A stretch of 61,373 nucleotides of DNA from Bacteroidota bacterium (GTDB lineage: Bacteria > Bacteroidota > Bacteroidia > AKYH767-A > 2013-40CM-41-45). Of the stretch, positions 56,450-61,373 are shown one piece after another (positions within the stretch are counted from its first letter, which is position 1; the number at the start of each line of letters is the position of its first letter). The notes under the pieces are model-generated. The model was not told the origin of the DNA, did not search any database, and saw nothing but the letters and a program-made list of their open reading frames with translations. The stretch is from assembly GCA_026391975.1 (NCBI GenBank), contig JAPLDB010000029.1, positions 1 to 61,373 on the forward strand, given 5' to 3'. Both the position numbers and the translations under genes were made by a program.

Positions 56450-57229
56450 TCAATTCACTCCTGAAAAGTGTTTTTTGTGTTCGCGGATTTGCCTGCCTGT
56501 CAGCGGTACAATGGCCACGAGGTAAATGATAACTATAATAGGTGCAATAATAAACAAAGCAAATAACAAATAATATTTAAAGATTTGAAGCCACAAGCTT
56601 CGGTTTTTCTTCCTGATAATCACGTTTGCCCAGAGAGAGAATATTTTAGGGGCGCGCCCTTCAATAAACATCAGCACAGTTTGGGGATCAACAGCTTTCA
56701 TTTCGGCCAATTGCGTTTGGAGTCGGTCTAAATCATTTATTTTGAGTGCCTCAAGAACCTTAGATCCGAATATACCTGCATCGGCAATTTCCTTATCTGC
56801 CACGCCCGGCCTTGGAAAAACACCCATCCAGCGGTCCTTTTTTCCCGTGAACATCCAGTATTGAATTGTTACAGCGCTTACAAAATTATTGTGCCTATCA
56901 GCATACACAATGTTCCCAACAAGCCTTCCGCCATTTTGTTTTATCATTTTCTTGACCCGCTCCTGTGCATTGATCCACATGTTCCTCGATCCGATGACCG
57001 TAACCACAGGAGTGTCTTTCAATCGTTTTGCGAATTCAGGATTTTGCAAAAAAGAGGTGGCCGGAATACTTGGTGATAAATACCAGGGCTGGTAAGCAAA
57101 GACAACCAGGTCATATTTCTCTTCTTTAAACTGAGGCGCAATGATCTCAGCCGGAATTCCAAGAACGCTTTCCGGCATTGCATCGAAAAAGCTCTTTGAT
57201 CTCCAGGGAAAAGGGAATTCCTTCTTCAT
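56450..57229 (-). CDS. darA: DarA-type dialkylresorcinol biosynthesis protein, apparently N-terminally shortened
   Basis: Blocks FPFPW, YQPWYLSPSIP, PVVTVIGSRNMW and VGNIVYADRHNNFVS match my recollection of DarA. The ATG at 57229 is 2 nt after the upstream stop. The track uses a GTG at 57250. The frame is open up to 57340 without a start codon. Confidence 0.65.
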   Translation of the reverse strand: MKKEFPFPWRSKSFFDAMPESVLGIPAEIIAPQFKEEKYDLVVFAYQPWYLSPSIPATSFLQNPEFAKRLKDTPVVTVIGSRNMWINAQERVKKMIKQNGGRLVGNIVYADRHNNFVSAVTIQYWMFTGKKDRWMGVFPRPGVADKEIADAGIFGSKVLEALKINDLDRLQTQLAEMKAVDPQTVLMFIEGRAPKIFSLWANVIIRKKNRSLWLQIFKYYLLFALFIIAPIIVIIYLVAIVPLTGRQIREHKKHFSGVN

Positions 57230-57231
57230 CT

Positions 57232-57792
57232 TTATCTGCACATATTCCACAGCATTCCCTTCAGTTGAAAAAGGCGCTGAGAAATTCTCAACAATCTGTA
57301 TTTCTGAAAATCCCCGGGCTTTAAAATATGGGAATGCACGCTATAATCCCTGATGGCTTCCTGCAAATGGGGCTGGAGTTTTCTAAAAGATTCCCTGATC
57401 ATCGAGGCGTCTTCAGTCTTTTTTGAATGATAATTCATAAAATCAGGAATGTGTTCCTGTATGATCAAACGAAGAAACCTGTATTCAACATTCAATGAAT
57501 CCTGTTTAATAGACTGTTCAAGCTTAACTCTTCCCTGCTTGAAAATCTTTAATTTATCCATTCCGGATTTCACAAGCCCCGACATTCTCATCATCAATGC
57601 ACCGGCATATGCGTCTTTTTCCTTCAGCGAAGACTTTTCAATTGCTGAAAGCTGTGAACTGATCTTCAGGGTATCACTCGATTGCATGGCGGCATAAAAT
57701 TCCGTGTAGGGCCAGGATGCAGCGGCTGTGTACTTACAGGTACTTAGCAGAAAGAAAAATAAGAGTGCAGAAAAACTGCTTCTGAAGTTCAT
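57232..57792 (-). CDS. Hypothetical secreted protein (186 aa)
   Basis: ATG start with signal peptide MNFRSSFSALLFFFLLSTC. No family recognised. Its 3' end overlaps the DarA-homologous frame. Confidence 0.5.
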   Translation of the reverse strand: MNFRSSFSALLFFFLLSTCKYTAAASWPYTEFYAAMQSSDTLKISSQLSAIEKSSLKEKDAYAGALMMRMSGLVKSGMDKLKIFKQGRVKLEQSIKQDSLNVEYRFLRLIIQEHIPDFMNYHSKKTEDASMIRESFRKLQPHLQEAIRDYSVHSHILKPGDFQKYRLLRISQRLFQLKGMLWNMCR

Positions 57793-57973
57793 TTAAAATA
57801 ATGAATGTTTTTTTACAAAGATACTGCTTCGCACATTATTCATGATACAAAATAATGATCAAAACAAATCGAAATGGCAGCATCCAATCGGGGTTGAGTT
57901 GAATAAGCTAGGCTATATATGATAATGATGGGCAAAAAAATAGGAAAGCGTTAAAAGAACCTTTATGAATCAG

Positions 57974-59317
57974 TTACTCCGCATCCATCTTAAAGCTTTC
58001 CATGAATTTCGTGGTGTAATTTCCTTTTCGAAAATCAGGATGTTTCATCAGTTGCTGATGAAATGGTACTGTTGTTTTTACGCCTTCAACAACAAATTCA
58101 CTGAGGGCGCGTTCCATGGTATTAATGGCTTCCTCGCGGGTTTGTGCAATGGTTATCAGCTTTGCGATCATGCTGTCGTAGTTGGAAGGAATCTGGTAAC
58201 CGGCATAAATGTGTGAATCCACCCTAACTCCATGTCCGCCCGGAACGTGCAAGGTAGTGATCCGTCCAGGTGACGGTCTGAAATTATTGTAGGGATCTTC
58301 AGCATTGATGCGGCATTCAATAGCACACATCTGTGGGAAGTAATTTTTCCCTGAGATGTGTTCCCCTGCAGCAAGTTTTATCTGTTCTTTCACAAGATCG
58401 TAGTTGATCACTTCTTCAGTGATTGGATGCTCTACCTGTATCCTGGTATTCATCTCCATGAAATAAAAATTGCGGTGTTTGTCAACCAGAAATTCCACCG
58501 TACCAACACCTTCATATTTCACAGCCAGTGCTGCAATGATGGCCGCCTCACCCATTTTCTCTCGTAATTCCTTAGTCATAAAAGGCGAAGGCGTTTCTTC
58601 CATCAGCTTCTGATGCCTGCGTTGAATGCTGCAATCACGCTCACTCAGGTGACACGCCTTGCCATATTGATCCCCGGCGATCTGTATTTCTATATGCCTT
58701 GGTTCTTCAATGTATTTTTCCATGTACATGCCATCGTTTCCGAAAGCAGCACCGGCTTCCTGCTTGGCACTTTCCCATGCGGCCTGAATATCTTCTTCTT
58801 TCCAGACGATCCTCATGCCTCGGCCACCGCCGCCTGCAGTTGCTTTCATGATGACCGGATATCCGATTTTTCCGGCATTGATTTTTGCATCATCAACGTC
58901 TTTCAGCAATCCTTCGGAACCGGGAATCGTAGGCACGCCGGCTTTTTTCATGGTATCTTTCGCATTACTCTTATCGCCCATGCCGTCAATCTGCTCAGGT
59001 GTTGCACCAATAAATTTGATTCCATGTTCGGCACAAACAGAACTGAATTTTGAATTCTCTGAAAGAAATCCGTACCCGGGATGGATTGCATCTGCATTTG
59101 TAATTTCAGCAGCAGCAATGATGCGTGGGATGTTCAGGTATGAATCGCGACTGGGTGGTGGACCAATGCAAACGGCTTCGTCAGCAAAGCGCACATGCAA
59201 ACTGTCTTTATCGGCAGTTGAATACACTGCCACGGTTTTTATGTTCATTTCTTTGCAGGTACGTATGATACGCAGTGCAATCTCGCCTCTGTTTGCAATT
59301 AATATTTTCTTGAACAT
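57974..59317 (-). CDS. accC: Acetyl-CoA carboxylase biotin carboxylase subunit
   Basis: 447 aa. N-terminus [27 protein letters not shown]-grasp blocks GGGGRGMR, and [14 protein letters not shown]. Confidence 0.97.
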   Translation of the reverse strand: MFKKILIANRGEIALRIIRTCKEMNIKTVAVYSTADKDSLHVRFADEAVCIGPPPSRDSYLNIPRIIAAAEITNADAIHPGYGFLSENSKFSSVCAEHGIKFIGATPEQIDGMGDKSNAKDTMKKAGVPTIPGSEGLLKDVDDAKINAGKIGYPVIMKATAGGGGRGMRIVWKEEDIQAAWESAKQEAGAAFGNDGMYMEKYIEEPRHIEIQIAGDQYGKACHLSERDCSIQRRHQKLMEETPSPFMTKELREKMGEAAIIAALAVKYEGVGTVEFLVDKHRNFYFMEMNTRIQVEHPITEEVINYDLVKEQIKLAAGEHISGKNYFPQMCAIECRINAEDPYNNFRPSPGRITTLHVPGGHGVRVDSHIYAGYQIPSNYDSMIAKLITIAQTREEAINTMERALSEFVVEGVKTTVPFHQQLMKHPDFRKGNYTTKFMESFKMDAE

Positions 59318-59414
59318 ATATTTTGAGAGCGCTATTCGTTAACGGTTAGTGGTTATCCGCCAATCAACCTTGATGCCTGTAACGAATAACGAAGACCAAA
59401 TAACGGATAACATT

Positions 59415-59903
59415 TTAACTTGGATCCACTAAAAATAAAGGTTGGTCATATTCAACAGGAGTAGAATTGTCGGCAAGCACTTTGACAATTTTTCCTGTCA
59501 CTTCACTTTCAATTTCATTGAAAAGTTTCATTGCCTCGATAATACAAAGCACTTTTCCTTGTTTAATCTCATCACCAACATTCACAAATACCGGTTTGTC
59601 AGGTGTTGAGGAACGATAAAAAGTTCCGATCATCGGGCTCTTGACGGTAATGTATTTGGATTCATCGGATCCCTTTGCTTTGGGCGCTTCGGCCTGCACA
59701 GAAACCGAGGTAGCAACTGCAGGAGCGGAAGGGGCTGGGGCAGCATGGGCCATGACAGGGGCAGGCAAAGAAGCCTGGATTACCTGTTGCGGAGCTGCAT
59801 GGGTTTTTATCGTAATCTTTAAATCCGTCTGCTCAATACTAACCTCGCTTACCCCGGTCTTTTGTACGAACTTGATCAATGCCTCTATGTCTTTTAAGTT
59901 CAT
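59415..59903 (-). CDS. accB: Acetyl-CoA carboxylase biotin carboxyl carrier protein
   Basis: 162 aa. Ala/Pro-rich linker and biotinylation motif EAMKLFNEIE. Confidence 0.93.
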   Translation of the reverse strand: MNLKDIEALIKFVQKTGVSEVSIEQTDLKITIKTHAAPQQVIQASLPAPVMAHAAPAPSAPAVATSVSVQAEAPKAKGSDESKYITVKSPMIGTFYRSSTPDKPVFVNVGDEIKQGKVLCIIEAMKLFNEIESEVTGKIVKVLADNSTPVEYDQPLFLVDPS

Positions 59904-60108
59904 CTTTTTGATTTTAGGTTTTCAAAAATAGAAAATATCTGAAAACCACAAGAATTCTTTTTATTGGGTTGGATTTAAGGACGTTGAGAGCCATTTTAAT
60001 GTTAAATACCCTCGAAAAAAGGAAAAACTAGAAACAAGTGCTTTTTTAGGAAAGCCGTTTTTTCCCGATGGTCATTCCATTTTAGTAATTTCACCGCCCA
60101 ACTCCTGC

Positions 60109-60876
60109 ATGATTCGTTACATTTTATTTCCATTTCAATGGCTTTGGCGAAGCTTCTTTTTTACCAATGCCGTAATTACATTTTTCCTTTTTTATCCGGT
60201 CTTTCTGGTGTTGCTTAGCCGTGAAGAATGGTTTCCAAAAGTCTTTCGCCTCAAGAAAGTATGGGCGCATTTCATCTTATATCCTGCAGGAATATTTTAT
60301 AAAATAGAATATAAAAAGAAGCTCAACAAAAGCCATTCTTATGTGATCTGTCCGAATCACACCTCCTATCTGGACATCATGCTCATCTACATATCGATGC
60401 CTGTCTACTTTCACAGCATGGGAAAAATTGAACTTAGAAAGGTGCCTTTGTTCGGAAAATTTTTTGAACGGATGAATATCCCCGTTAACAGGAAAAGCAT
60501 CAAAGAATCGCACCGGGCTTATATGCGTGCAGCATCCGACCTTGACAAAGGCATCAGCATCAATCTTTTTCCGGAAGGGACAATACATCACAACGGACCA
60601 AGGATGGGTCGTTTTAAAAACGGACCGTTCCGGCTAGCCATTGAAAAACAAATTCCAATTGTACCTGTTACGTTTGTGAACAACTGGCGCCTGATGCCGG
60701 ACGATTTTTACAGGCGTGTCGGGCATCCCGGAATTGCGAGAATTGTGGTGCATGAACCGATTGAAACGAAAGGGATGACAGACAAAGACCTGGAAAGTCT
60801 TAAGCATATTGTATATGAGAAGATTTCAGAACCGCTCAAGAAAGCATACCCTACTTATTTTAAGGCTGGTCAATAG
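60109..60876 (+). CDS. plsC: 1-acyl-sn-glycerol-3-phosphate (lysophospholipid) acyltransferase
   Basis: 255 aa. HX4D motif in CPNHTSYLDI and an FPEGT block. Confidence 0.85.
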   Translation: MIRYILFPFQWLWRSFFFTNAVITFFLFYPVFLVLLSREEWFPKVFRLKKVWAHFILYPAGIFYKIEYKKKLNKSHSYVICPNHTSYLDIMLIYISMPVYFHSMGKIELRKVPLFGKFFERMNIPVNRKSIKESHRAYMRAASDLDKGISINLFPEGTIHHNGPRMGRFKNGPFRLAIEKQIPIVPVTFVNNWRLMPDDFYRRVGHPGIARIVVHEPIETKGMTDKDLESLKHIVYEKISEPLKKAYPTYFKAGQ

Positions 60877-60962
60877 GAACAATTTTCCGTGCCTTAAATA
60901 GTTTGAATCAAAGGCAGATCATTCAACTTTTAGAATGTTACTGGCAATTGGATATTCACAGA

Positions 60963-61373
60963 ATGACTAATCAACTCAACAATTCTATTATTTTCTTTGA
61001 TGGCGTTTGCAATCTGTGCAATGGCTTTGTACAGTTTGTGATCAGGAGGGATAAATCGGCGAAATTTAAATTCGCCTCCCTTCAATCTGCTGCAGCTGCA
61101 AACATGCTGAAACCTTTTGATTTTCCTTTGGATGAATTAAAGACAATTGTTCTTGTTCAGGATGGGAAAATTTTCCTCCGCTCAAGGGCCGTGCTAAGAA
61201 TTGCTTCACAACTTGGCGGAGCCTGGAAGCTGGCAGCAATGCTGTATATCTTCCCGTCATTTTTCAGCGATGCTGTTTACAATCTCATTTCAAAATACCG
61301 GTACAAACTTTTTGGAAAAAAAGATTCATGCATGATTCCAACTCCGGAATTAAAATCCCGCTTTGTTGAATGA
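60963..61373 (+). CDS. DCC-family thiol-disulfide oxidoreductase
   Basis: The ATG at 60963 gives MTNQLNNSIIFFDGVCNLCNGFVQFVIRRD (DxxCxxC signature). The track ORF starts at an upstream TTG. The stop falls on the last base of the window. Confidence 0.8.
   Translation: MTNQLNNSIIFFDGVCNLCNGFVQFVIRRDKSAKFKFASLQSAAAANMLKPFDFPLDELKTIVLVQDGKIFLRSRAVLRIASQLGGAWKLAAMLYIFPSFFSDAVYNLISKYRYKLFGKKDSCMIPTPELKSRFVE

Noticed and set aside
57229-57343. Programmed ribosomal frameshift fusing the 186-aa ORF to DarA
   Set aside because: No slippery heptamer or downstream stimulatory structure is evident. The upstream protein has a signal peptide, which is inconsistent with fusion to a cytoplasmic-type enzyme. 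Truncation or overprinting, or a sequence error, are simpler explanations.
58815-59342. 175-aa and 146-aa + strand ORFs opposite accC
   Set aside because: accC on the - strand is unambiguous, so these are antisense shadows.
1-61373. Prophage, ICE, transposon, tRNA, rRNA, tmRNA or riboswitch content
   Set aside because: I recognised no integrase, transposase, phage structural or conjugation genes. I saw no tRNA-like T-arm or anticodon architecture and no known riboswitch cores in the spacers. This is by-eye inspection only; tRNAscan-SE, Infernal and ISfinder searches would be needed to exclude them.

Overview
This 61.4-kb chromosomal window looks Bacteroidota-like. Six ORFs carry T9SS C-terminal sorting domains, one has a SprB-repeat array, and an alternative complex III (ACIII) operon is fused to an aa3 oxidase operon. 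One TAnnTTTG-type promoter motif is visible. No rRNA, tRNA, CRISPR array, transposase or integrase was recognised.

Gene content, left to right:
- A secreted endonuclease I-like T9SS cargo, metG, and an SGNH/PKD T9SS cargo.
- ldcA, yraN, and an rluB-like pseudouridine synthase with five tandem 141-bp repeats in its N-terminal extension.
- A small AT-rich two-gene nucleotidyltransferase module, an SRPBCC protein, and an LVIVD-propeller T9SS cargo.
- Small membrane and outer-membrane proteins, a GNAT, manC, an aminotransferase, and a SprT-like protease.
- An 11.3-kb actABCDEF-ctaCD respiratory operon (17.5-28.8 kb).
- A Tat-signal pirin, a frame-disrupted GNAT, ypfJ, a cyclase, further secreted or outer-membrane proteins, tatC, and an AhpD-like protein.
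- Two adjacent giant T9SS cargo genes of 7.8 and 4.9 kb, then pepP.
- A darA/darB (dialkylresorcinol-type) operon joined to a BtrH-N-like gene, then accBC, plsC and a DCC-family oxidoreductase.

Items most worth follow-up:
1. The stand-alone dar operon with a BtrH-like partner. The darA homology appears to run upstream of any usable start codon, underneath the 3' end of the preceding gene.
2. Three copies of a structured 72-89-nt repeat just downstream of that operon.
3. A 59-nt palindromic element with terminal inverted repeats and a 12-nt target-site-like duplication, inserted between the ctaD stop codon and its terminator.
4. A TTTGAKG heptamer family found in two gene leaders and, as an in-frame 21-nt block, inside metG.
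5. The paired giant adhesin-like genes, with CUB-like and NIDO-like N-termini and shared Cys-rich modules.

No clearly novel multi-gene system could be established from the sequence alone. All family assignments are motif recognition by eye and need HMM or BLAST confirmation.
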